DNA of 64,000 nucleotides, taken from a virus. Numbering within the stretch: position 1 is the first letter of the stretch; every line of letters starts with the position of its first letter. Of the stretch, positions 55,672 to 63,075 are shown in pieces. The notes under the pieces are model-generated. The model was not told where the DNA came from. It did no database searches and was given only the letters and a program-made list of their open reading frames with translations. The DNA lies in the IMG/VR virus record IMGVR_UViG_3300045012_000181, positions 61,607-125,606 of that record, one strand, 5' to 3'. The position numbers and the translations under genes are program-made.

Positions 55672-56170
55672 TCAAGACCTCCATGCCCAAGTTAGAGGGT
55701 TTCTGTAAATTACGCGGTTGCTCATCTTTTGTTTTGCGTTTCTTCCAATTACAGTTTGCGCACAGCAGCTGGTATTTTCCGGTTGTGTCGGCAATAACTT
55801 TCTTATGGAAACGAGAATGGTTATACTTTAGAGCTTTATGTTCTTGTACACCTCCGCCGTCGACATGATCGATTTGCAGCATGTCCTTATCAGTGCATCC
55901 AAATGTACCATCCTCGTTTAGCCATCTACAGTTGGGATTCGCGCACCTATTTCCTAGCTTATCAAAAGCAGCATCTCGAAGTTTGTTGTAGTATTTCTTA
56001 TCGGCCACTCTGTGCCTTCCGAAGAACCTCTGTTTATGTTTTTTATTTTTCTCTTCACAATCTTTACATGTCACCCTACCCGCAGGAACCTTATTTCTTA
56101 TACAGGTCGGGCATATTCCAGCGGCTTTGTTTCGCTTGTAACGTTCTCGTAACCAAGCCGCAGTTGGCAC
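55631..56170 (-). CDS. Free-standing HNH endonuclease
   Basis: CPTC..CKDC; LGNRC..LQIDHVDGGG; YQLLCANCNWKK; GAGAGG SD with GTG56170. Confidence 0.85.
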   Translation of the reverse strand: MPTAAWLRERYKRNKAAGICPTCIRNKVPAGRVTCKDCEEKNKKHKQRFFGRHRVADKKYYNKLRDAAFDKLGNRCANPNCRWLNEDGTFGCTDKDMLQIDHVDGGGVQEHKALKYNHSRFHKKVIADTTGKYQLLCANCNWKKRKTKDEQPRNLQKPSNLGMEVLSGPVSGGLLETGV

Positions 56171-56574
56171 TAAGCCTCTCTTTTGGGATAAATGATTGCT
56201 ACAAGCGTTCCGTCTGTGGGATTGGCACTCAGGCCCTCTCGAATAAAGTGCACACGCTTTCTGAATAGGCGCAACTCCGCACCATGTTGCTTTAGCACGT
56301 GGAACCATTCCGTGTCCGTGCGGGCCGGAACCACGTAGACCACCACGCGAGCCCCGCTTGATAGGCCTTTTAGGACCCAAGGCCCAATATCGGACCAAGG
56401 CGGATTTACAAAGACTCTTTTGTCGGTCCAATCCAACTTCAGACCATCCGAGTCCTTCTCGGGATCGAATTGGGAGTTCAGGGGACAGGGGTCCAAGTCG
56501 AAATCGAACTCCGTGTTGAGGGCTTGGAACAGGTAATCCGGGGTGGCGTAGTTGTTATTGCCCGACCATTTCAC
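56170..56574 (-). CDS. Phage DNA N6-adenine methyltransferase (Dam-like)
   Basis: YATP..LF..L..EF.FDLDPC; DGL..W; FVNPPW; PARTDT.WFH. Confidence 0.9.
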   Translation of the reverse strand: MKWSGNNNYATPDYLFQALNTEFDFDLDPCPLNSQFDPEKDSDGLKLDWTDKRVFVNPPWSDIGPWVLKGLSSGARVVVYVVPARTDTEWFHVLKQHGAELRLFRKRVHFIREGLSANPTDGTLVAIIYPKREA

Positions 56575-56812
56575 AGAGCTGTTCCTCCAGTTGGGCTATC
56601 CGTAACGTATTGGACCGTATCTGGGCGTCCAAGTAGTAAATCTCGGATTCCAGTTTTTTAATGGCCCGGAGATTTTGTACTTCGGTTTCGGCTTCCCGGC
56701 GCTGAATATCAACGTCCAGGATTTGAGTAACAATGTCCGAATTCAGACCCCGTGCCAGTTGGTTCTCGCGATAGCGCTCGGGCCTTAACCGCATGTCCTT
56801 GATGTCGTGCAT
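56555..56812 (-). CDS. Coiled-coil hypothetical protein
   Basis: Tiles the operon. Confidence 0.55.
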   Translation of the reverse strand: MHDIKDMRLRPERYRENQLARGLNSDIVTQILDVDIQRREAETEVQNLRAIKKLESEIYYLDAQIRSNTLRIAQLEEQLCEMVGQ

Positions 56813-57100
56813 CTAGTTCATCTTCTTGAAACTCAGGCCCGCCGGCATGGCCAGAGGCCCATCGGCCACGTCCATCTCCTCTGCAGCGATGGCGTTCCGG
56901 GCCTTTATTGTTGCGAGAGTGCGCTGAGTTTGTTCTTGGAGAGTTTCAAGCTCACAACTTGGAAAGATACCCAACCTATAGCGAATTCCATCCTGGCCCA
57001 TTATGGGCCTGTGCACCAAGGTTAGGTACCTGAATTCCCGCAGCACTATGCAGGGTTCATCAGTGAGCACGTTATACAAGACTTCACCGTATTTATTCAA
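56813..57100 (-). CDS. Hypothetical protein
   Basis: AAGGA SD with TTG start. Confidence 0.6.
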   Translation of the reverse strand: MNKYGEVLYNVLTDEPCIVLREFRYLTLVHRPIMGQDGIRYRLGIFPSCELETLQEQTQRTLATIKARNAIAAEEMDVADGPLAMPAGLSFKKMN

Positions 57101-57257
57101 TTGTTTTCCTTAAAAACCTTAGAAGAGCCTTGGAACAGTCTTGACACAGCTCTTTGTCCACATCAAGAGACAGTCCCTCCAGACTTAAACGACATTGTTC
57201 ACAAAACTCAGGTATGTCTTTAGCACATCTATCACATCTGACTACGGTTTTTCTCAT
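57093..57257 (-). CDS. 54-aa Cys-rich peptide MRKTVVRCDRC...LCQDC
   Basis: ATGA overlap with the polymerase stop; three CxxC. Confidence 0.6.
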   Translation of the reverse strand: MRKTVVRCDRCAKDIPEFCEQCRLSLEGLSLDVDKELCQDCSKALLRFLRKTIE

Positions 57258-59752
57258 TTCGCCTCGCCCCAACTTCCCCCCACACCTGTTTCAACAGGAA
57301 AACTGTAGCCTCCAAACTCTTTCCAAGGCTGCGTAAGAACCTTCTCTAAAACGGTCTTTACCTCATCCACCATATTCAGGGGGGTCTCCAAAACAAAACT
57401 ATCGTGCACAGTTACCAACAGACGAGCCGGATGCGGTAGAGGATGATAAACCTGAACCACCTTTTGAACCTCAGATTCAGGCCAACCGATTCTGTCGTAC
57501 ATCAGGGCAATCATGCAACGGATAAGAATCTCGGCGCCGCAACTTTGAGGGAGGAAAGAAATCGACTCAGTATGGGCGCTGGAAGTGTAGAAAAAACGCT
57601 TGCGCCCGAAGGGATTTGTTAGATAGCCGTCGGCTTTGGCTCGGGCTGCGGTTTCGTTCTGCCAAGCGATGGTTTTGGGATTGGCAGCCTTCCATTTGTC
57701 CACCAGAACTTTTACCTCGGCGTAGGGCAAGTCGTTAATCTTGGCTATCTTCATAGCCCCCTCAGCGTAGTTCAAGCCGTGGGTGACCTTCTTGGCCTTT
57801 GTGTATGGACTGTCTCCTGCGGAATCTTTTACGACTTCATCGTAGGGAATATCAAATAGGGTGCTGGCATTGTATTTATGCTCGGAATAACCAGGTTGTG
57901 CCAACCTATCTAGGCGTTCGTAGTCATTAGACAACAACGCCGTTAGGCGGTTCTCCAGGGAAGCAAAGTCCGAACTTACGATAACCCAATCGTTGTGACT
58001 GGGAACGTAAATATAGCGAGCACTTGCAGGAAGATTTTGAAGATTGGGTCCGCTACTCGATAGTCGCCCCGAGGCAGTTCCATGAACATTAAATGAGGCA
58101 TGAATGCGCTCGACACCGCTGTCCTCCCAGCTCTCCTTCACGAAAGTGCTTAGCAAGCTGGCAATCTGTCTTAGCTGTTGCAGGACTCGCAGGGCCTTGA
58201 GGACTTCGAGGGCTTTGTCGAGTCCGACTTCCTGTTCGTAGGCTTTTCGGGAAGCCGCCCGGATGAGCTTGGGAAGGGCGACCTTGTCAACAGTCGGTTC
58301 ATTCGTCTTCGCATGCGTTTGTACTGGGAGCTTCGCTTTCGCATATAAGTAATCCTTCAGAACCTCAGAGCTCTTCCAAGGCGTAACACTCTCGGTGGAG
58401 TCCGTCATCACATATTTGAGGGGCTTTTTTGTGCGCTCGGACAGAGTTCCAGGAGGCGCCAAAACGCGTTTGCGTATCGGGACCTCCTGGGTCTGTAATT
58501 CCGCTGGAAGTTCGTTCTCCAGCTCTTTTGACTTGTGCTCCAAGTCTGCCCGAACAGTTTTGAGACGGGCGGGATCGATTCGGAATCCGGTTTCGTGCAG
58601 CAGATGGCAGATACGGGCCAAGGGCACTTGGACATTCTGGTACAAATCCAAGAGTCCCTCATTCCGGAGCATTGGCCGCAGTTGCTGGTAAATTTGAAAG
58701 GTCGCGTCACAGTCCCTTATGTTGTAGAGGGTTTCATCGTCGCCGGATAGATGCTTCCAAGCGGTCTTATTAAGCAGGAAGCTTCCAACGAAGCCCAAGC
58801 CATGAGGCATATCAGGGAAGCACAAATGTTCCATAAGCATGCCATCCCACGAATGGAAGTCCTTGGGAGGCTCTATGCCGATGGCCTTGAGACGGGGCAA
58901 ATCGAACTGCTCACCATTCCAAGTTACAATGTCCGTGGCGTTGGCAAAAATACGCTTGAGCTCAGTTAGATAGACGCCCTTTGGGGGCACACTTAATCCG
59001 GTGTACTTTTGGCCGCACAGACCCACCATGGTAATTTCGCCGGTGGTACGGACCGTTTCTATGTCCGTCGCGAATTCCCTGAACTGAAAGGCCCTCACGT
59101 CCTCCAAAGTTGGAGTGGTGTTGTAGTGTTCCGGAGCGAGGTCTAGCGTTTTCGAGAGGTCTTTGACAACCGCTGGGATGTAGCTTTGGTCGCGGGCGAT
59201 ATAGGCCGGGTGCAACGTCGGGACTGTAAGGGGCTCCGGACCGCACGCGGGAACTGCGAGGGGAGAACCGCGCCATCGCATGATTCCAGTTTTTCCGGTG
59301 AGCGCAATAAGGCTCTTATCGCCAAAGCAATCAATCCGAGTCCAATTACGACCAGTGAGAACGGGCTTAACATGGTTGTTCCAGCATTGTTTTAGTGCGG
59401 CTTCCGCCTCTTCCTTCGATATGTAATCTCGTGCATCAGGATCAGTAGGAAAAATATTACCAGGGGGCCTACAACCCAATACGTTGCACTTCGAAACGGT
59501 TGCGCCTTCGACTCCAGCAGCGCGGTATAAACCTCCTGAACGCTTGCCATTTTCACCCTCTTTTCCGAACAGCCAGCCACCGCTCGTGCCCACGAAGGGC
59601 TCGGAGCGCTCGGCCTCAAGTTCACCGGGCGCCTCGCCCACACACAGGCGGCTACCAGCAACCAAATGGGCCGGAACAAAGTTGGAATTCGGGAAGAGCC
59701 GCGCCATGGGACATCCGGCACAGCCTGGAGTTTCACTAACGGTCTTAGGCAA
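57254..59752 (-). CDS. polA: Family A DNA polymerase with N-terminal uracil-DNA-glycosylase-like domain (SPO1-type fusion)
   Basis: CAGCPM/VGEAPG/HPAY UDG motifs; TDIET, WNGEQFD exonuclease; GRLSSSGPNLQN, DFASLENR, KKVTHGLNY, VHDS. Confidence 0.92.
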   Translation of the reverse strand: MPKTVSETPGCAGCPMARLFPNSNFVPAHLVAGSRLCVGEAPGELEAERSEPFVGTSGGWLFGKEGENGKRSGGLYRAAGVEGATVSKCNVLGCRPPGNIFPTDPDARDYISKEEAEAALKQCWNNHVKPVLTGRNWTRIDCFGDKSLIALTGKTGIMRWRGSPLAVPACGPEPLTVPTLHPAYIARDQSYIPAVVKDLSKTLDLAPEHYNTTPTLEDVRAFQFREFATDIETVRTTGEITMVGLCGQKYTGLSVPPKGVYLTELKRIFANATDIVTWNGEQFDLPRLKAIGIEPPKDFHSWDGMLMEHLCFPDMPHGLGFVGSFLLNKTAWKHLSGDDETLYNIRDCDATFQIYQQLRPMLRNEGLLDLYQNVQVPLARICHLLHETGFRIDPARLKTVRADLEHKSKELENELPAELQTQEVPIRKRVLAPPGTLSERTKKPLKYVMTDSTESVTPWKSSEVLKDYLYAKAKLPVQTHAKTNEPTVDKVALPKLIRAASRKAYEQEVGLDKALEVLKALRVLQQLRQIASLLSTFVKESWEDSGVERIHASFNVHGTASGRLSSSGPNLQNLPASARYIYVPSHNDWVIVSSDFASLENRLTALLSNDYERLDRLAQPGYSEHKYNASTLFDIPYDEVVKDSAGDSPYTKAKKVTHGLNYAEGAMKIAKINDLPYAEVKVLVDKWKAANPKTIAWQNETAARAKADGYLTNPFGRKRFFYTSSAHTESISFLPQSCGAEILIRCMIALMYDRIGWPESEVQKVVQVYHPLPHPARLLVTVHDSFVLETPLNMVDEVKTVLEKVLTQPWKEFGGYSFPVETGVGGSWGEAK

Positions 59753-59768
59753 TCAAACTCCTGTTTCT

Positions 59769-60050
59769 AAAAAGTGGACCGACGGGGTGTACGACCTTCT
59801 GGTCCTCTTATCGCAGGTTCCTCAGCCGGTATAAGCTAGCATTGCCGGCAAGATTGCGCCCGGGCGCCCCTAGAATGTCCCCTCGGCCCGAGGGCTTGGA
59901 GGGTCTAGGGGAACTCAAATTCTCGTGGCAGTAACGAGCTCACACAGTCTACAGGGCCTTTTGAGCCCTGTGCGCATACCCTGCGCTACCCCCCGGAGGG
60001 GGTTTGGGGTCGAACCGAAGTAACTGTGCAATACGACATGCCACGAAACC
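59769..60050 (-). ncRNA. Large structured RNA containing a permuted tRNA-like domain (59942-60029)
   Basis: At least 10 helices by inspection; T-arm, closed acceptor hairpin, D-arm and anticodon arm in permuted order. Confidence 0.6.
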
Positions 60051-60052
60051 TG

Positions 60053-60526
60053 TTACAAAATCGGACGTTGTTTCTCAGCAACTCGGATGGCCTCGTCCAG
60101 AGGTTTGCCCATATTAGAAGAACCCCAGCCAAATTTAGTCCCCGAGACGTAGGCCCCGGTATAGGTGGCCTGGATGCCCTCGCGGTACTTCTCCTGTGCC
60201 AGCTGGCGCTCGCGATCCGACTGCCAAGCCAGTATGACGGCCTGCAACTGCCAAGGGTCCGTTGGAACCTGGGCGTCCTCCATGCCCTGTGGGAGCCAGA
60301 TTCCGGCCATCACCCGGGACCACTCGGCATCCCTTGCACGGGCAACCAATCCACGATACATCAGCAGAGATTCCGTGGCGCCCCTCAGCACGCTCCGGCG
60401 GATATCCTGCATCAATTCATGCTGGACCTTCGAGACGTGCTCGAATACGGCCTCGCCTGTTACAAGGTTGGCTACCCTATTGGCCAGCTCTTCAGTTTGC
60501 TGACGTTCGTTTTTTTCTTCGCTCAA
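60053..60526 (-). CDS. Hypothetical helical protein
   Basis: TTGA overlap with the upstream gene. Confidence 0.6.
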   Translation of the reverse strand: MSEEKNERQQTEELANRVANLVTGEAVFEHVSKVQHELMQDIRRSVLRGATESLLMYRGLVARARDAEWSRVMAGIWLPQGMEDAQVPTDPWQLQAVILAWQSDRERQLAQEKYREGIQATYTGAYVSGTKFGWGSSNMGKPLDEAIRVAEKQRPIL

Positions 60527-60705
60527 GCTGTCTCCTGTGTGCTTCTAAAAATTGCGCCGGCGAGGATTTCGCGTTTGTCACCTCGCATGCTGCCCTGTAT
60601 CCCTGCCTCACGGCTTTGAAAAGGGTTGGACAGCGGTAGTCCTCGGGTCGTTGTTCCGAGCACGTGAGAGACTATAATTACCGCGTCTACTATTTCCCAC
60701 TTCAC
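60523..60705 (-). CDS. Small hypothetical protein
   Basis: GGAG SD with GTG start. Confidence 0.45.
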   Translation of the reverse strand: MKWEIVDAVIIVSHVLGTTTRGLPLSNPFQSREAGIQGSMRGDKREILAGAIFRSTQETA

Positions 60706-60719
60706 TCCAGTGGATGCGC

Positions 60720-60995
60720 GCTATTCACGCCACGGCGCTAAAAATTTTGGGACTGTTTAGGCAAGGCACAGTCCCGAGCCTAGTATCTTATTTATAAGGC
60801 GCTAGGATACTTCGCGCCTCTGCTTACGAGCCGTCCCGAAAGCAGATGAAGTAGGACGGCGCGAACCTTGGCAACCGCTGTGTTCGGCAGGTAGAAATTA
60901 GATGCGGAACTCGGCTGCCAGCCCGCAAGATACTCTTTCCTGTCTTAAAGTACGCGGCTTCGTCTGGGACTACGCCGCGCTACCGTGCTGGACCT
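60720..60995 (-). ncRNA. Structured intergenic RNA with H-type pseudoknot
   Basis: Crossing 7-bp stems 60819-25/60840-46 and 60830-36/60854-60; 8-bp hairpin 60749-60775 followed by a T-run on the minus strand. Confidence 0.5.
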
Positions 60996-60998
60996 GTA

Positions 60999-61466
60999 CT
61001 AGGCCGCTGGCTGAATTGAAAAATATTGCAGGCGAGGTCGACCAACTTTTTCCTCGCCATCCTTGATGTAGCGGTTTTCGCTAACGTCCGCCGTGAACTT
61101 ACCAGCACCGTTGCTGGCTAGGCGGTTCAAGGTATCTACAAGTTCCTCACCGGGCTGGTGCGTTCCACCGAGGGCCTTGATGAGCAAACTGGCGGCCTGC
61201 ACGACCCACTTGCCCTTGTCAGGCGTGGGCAAAGAGGCGAAAACATGTCGCTTGGACTGCGGGCCCTCTGTGATTACCAAATCGATGTCCGTGGTGCCGA
61301 CCTGATATGGACTAGGCTTGGCGCCAACCAATCGAAAGGCATAATTTCCCGCGGGAACTTCCGTGCGCTCCGTGGGCTGCGTGTCAACCACGTTCAAATT
61401 CAGGTTGGCCCAGCTGAGCGTTGTACTGCCGTTGCCGTTCGTTTCAGTTTCTGTCATTTGTGGCAT
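60999..61466 (-). CDS. DUF669-like ssDNA-binding protein (putative)
   Basis: VPAGNYAFRLVGA..; follows the AAA_24 ATPase as in Sak4/SSB modules. Confidence 0.6.
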   Translation of the reverse strand: MPQMTETETNGNGSTTLSWANLNLNVVDTQPTERTEVPAGNYAFRLVGAKPSPYQVGTTDIDLVITEGPQSKRHVFASLPTPDKGKWVVQAASLLIKALGGTHQPGEELVDTLNRLASNGAGKFTADVSENRYIKDGEEKVGRPRLQYFSIQPAA

Positions 61467-61482
61467 TCATTTCCTTTGTGTG

Positions 61483-62325
61483 TTAGATTGAGATTGAAGT
61501 ACTTGAAGTGGCCGCTGTGGGAACTGCACTCGCAGACGCGGCTTGATGACCTGCGAGAATCTTGTTTAGAAGGTCTGGAAAGGAGCCCTGGCCGGTTTCC
61601 TTGTCGAAAATTTCTTCCTGACTCAAGAAAGGCTTTCCACTGTTATTTCTGTCTTTGGCTAAATGGACGGAGTCGGCTTGCGTTATCAAGTACCGTTGCA
61701 TGTACGCACTCTTAGGGTCGCGAGGGTCTTTTAGAAGCTTGCGTACTTTTAGATACATACAACTGTCGAACATGGCTGCTGCGGCGTCTCCTAGAGCCCC
61801 TGGCAAATCTGGTTTTATACGCGTGATAACACCATTGTCATCTTTCTCGTACTTGGCCAATGCTGTTACAACTATATGCTTCTTTTGCCCAAGCAGCGCA
61901 TTAAGAAGATTTCTGGTAACCTCGCTTATTTCTCCAAAATCAAAACCGCTAGGGATTCCGGCTTGGCGTCGCATCGCCTCACGTGGATTCTTCGCAGGAA
62001 AAGATGTAAGCACGTGCTCTTTGATAAAAGATTTTACCATGTACGACAAACTATCCAAAGCGATTGTACGCTTTTTTTGAAAGGGCGCGAAGGTGTCGTA
62101 ACAAATACTCCGGAAGTCAGCAAAGCTCTTGGGTTCCACAAAGTCCACTCCGGCTTTAACAATACTCAACGTGCCCGAACCCTCTCCGGGTTCACAAGCT
62201 GCTATCCCAACGTCCGGCGCGGTGGCAGCCCAAGTGGATTTCCCAATTCCGGGATCAGCCACCAAAAGCACCTTCCAATTGTAACTCTCGGGCTTGATTA
62301 AGTCTTTCGTGTTCCTTAGCTCCAT
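61483..62325 (-). CDS. AAA_24 / Sak4-like ATPase
   Basis: ADPGIGKSTWA, TIALDSLS, IKPDLPG..A..FD, AKDR; AAGGAG SD before ATG62325. Confidence 0.85.
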   Translation of the reverse strand: MELRNTKDLIKPESYNWKVLLVADPGIGKSTWAATAPDVGIAACEPGEGSGTLSIVKAGVDFVEPKSFADFRSICYDTFAPFQKKRTIALDSLSYMVKSFIKEHVLTSFPAKNPREAMRRQAGIPSGFDFGEISEVTRNLLNALLGQKKHIVVTALAKYEKDDNGVITRIKPDLPGALGDAAAAMFDSCMYLKVRKLLKDPRDPKSAYMQRYLITQADSVHLAKDRNNSGKPFLSQEEIFDKETGQGSFPDLLNKILAGHQAASASAVPTAATSSTSISI

Positions 62326-62708
62326 TGTTCTCCTTTGGGTTGTGCGGGCAATAGCCAAAATGTCCAAGGGAGTGGTTACAATTCATACATAAAACCCTGA
62401 AGCCCTCGGGAAAGTTGTGATTTTTGAGCCAACGATAGATTTTTACTGCGCTTGGGTCTTCCTTACGGTGCTTGTTGCCGTTTCCGGCTATGTGGTCAAT
62501 AGAAAGAAACTCTTCGTGAGTCTCTTTGCAGCAGGCGCACACAGGAAACGACCCACTGCTGTAGTGCAACAAGACTTCGTGCTTTTGCTCACGGTCTTTT
62601 TGGCGCGTGTAGGCATTGTGATAGGCCTTGTTTTCCCAGTAACGCTTTGAGGTACGTTTATTGCACTCCGCCTTGTTAGCCACGTAAAATTCTCGACTCT
62701 TTCTCTTG

Positions 62709-62878
62709 GGGAATTATATACTTAACTTCCTAACTTCAAATATCTTTCGGCTCTCCGCTAGAAAACACAGCGGCTAAACCTACAAAAATGATGATGATGA
62801 TAAGTCCTGCAAAGAATAGTCCGCAATCCATTGGTTTAAGTCCTTTCTTTTCTTGAGGAAGTCAAGTATATAACTCCC
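62709..62878. mobile_element. 170-bp MITE, IS1595-family (ISNwi-like ends)
   Basis: 23-bp TIRs with 2 mismatches (GGGAATTATATACTTAACTTCCT / GGGAGTTATATACTTGACTTCCT); 8-bp direct repeat TTCTCTTG at 62701-08 and 62879-86. Confidence 0.85.
62736..62831 (-). CDS. 31-aa single-TM passenger peptide MDCGLFFAGLIIIIIFVGLAAVFSSGEPKDI
   Basis: AAAGGA SD; lies entirely inside the MITE. Confidence 0.5.
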   Translation of the reverse strand: MDCGLFFAGLIIIIIFVGLAAVFSSGEPKDI

Positions 62879-63075
62879 TTCTCTTGTGATAGGCTTTACG
62901 CTTCTCTGGGTCCTTAATAGGCATTCGCGGACTCTTGCACCTACACCCCTCCGCCGCGTCGGTTGAGGCCCTGAGGGCCCAGCAGGCAATAAAAGACACG
63001 GAAACCGTGATGGTCAGATTTAGGGTGCGTCAAAAGAGTCCTTTAACCGTGTTAGGGATTCACTGCGGGAGGGAA

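Larger units (their letters stand above)
62255..62924 (-). pseudogene. HNH endonuclease gene interrupted by a MITE (C-terminal part may restart at GTG62683)
   Basis: MPIKDPEKRKAYH|KRKSREFYVANK.. rejoins in frame after removing 62709-62878 plus one TSD; CACC.E..EFLSIDH..GFRVLCMNCN. Confidence 0.8.

Noticed and set aside
59769-59800. tmRNA-like 3' end (..CCCCGTCGGTCCACT)
   Set aside because: The T-stem does not pair, there is no CCA or matching 5' acceptor strand, and no tag reading frame was found
60661-60780. Group I intron R/S-like strings (GAGAGACTATAA, AAGGCACAGTCC)
   Set aside because: They lie antisense to the genes, the S-like string sits in a local hairpin, and flanking genes are intact with no split exon
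60811-60865. HDV-like or hammerhead ribozyme
   Set aside because: No P3/L3 hairpin or catalytic J4/2, and no CUGAnGA/GAAA core; kept only as a generic pseudoknot
62780-62989. 69-aa minus-strand ORF
   Set aside because: It runs across the MITE boundary; better explained by the split HNH gene plus the passenger peptide
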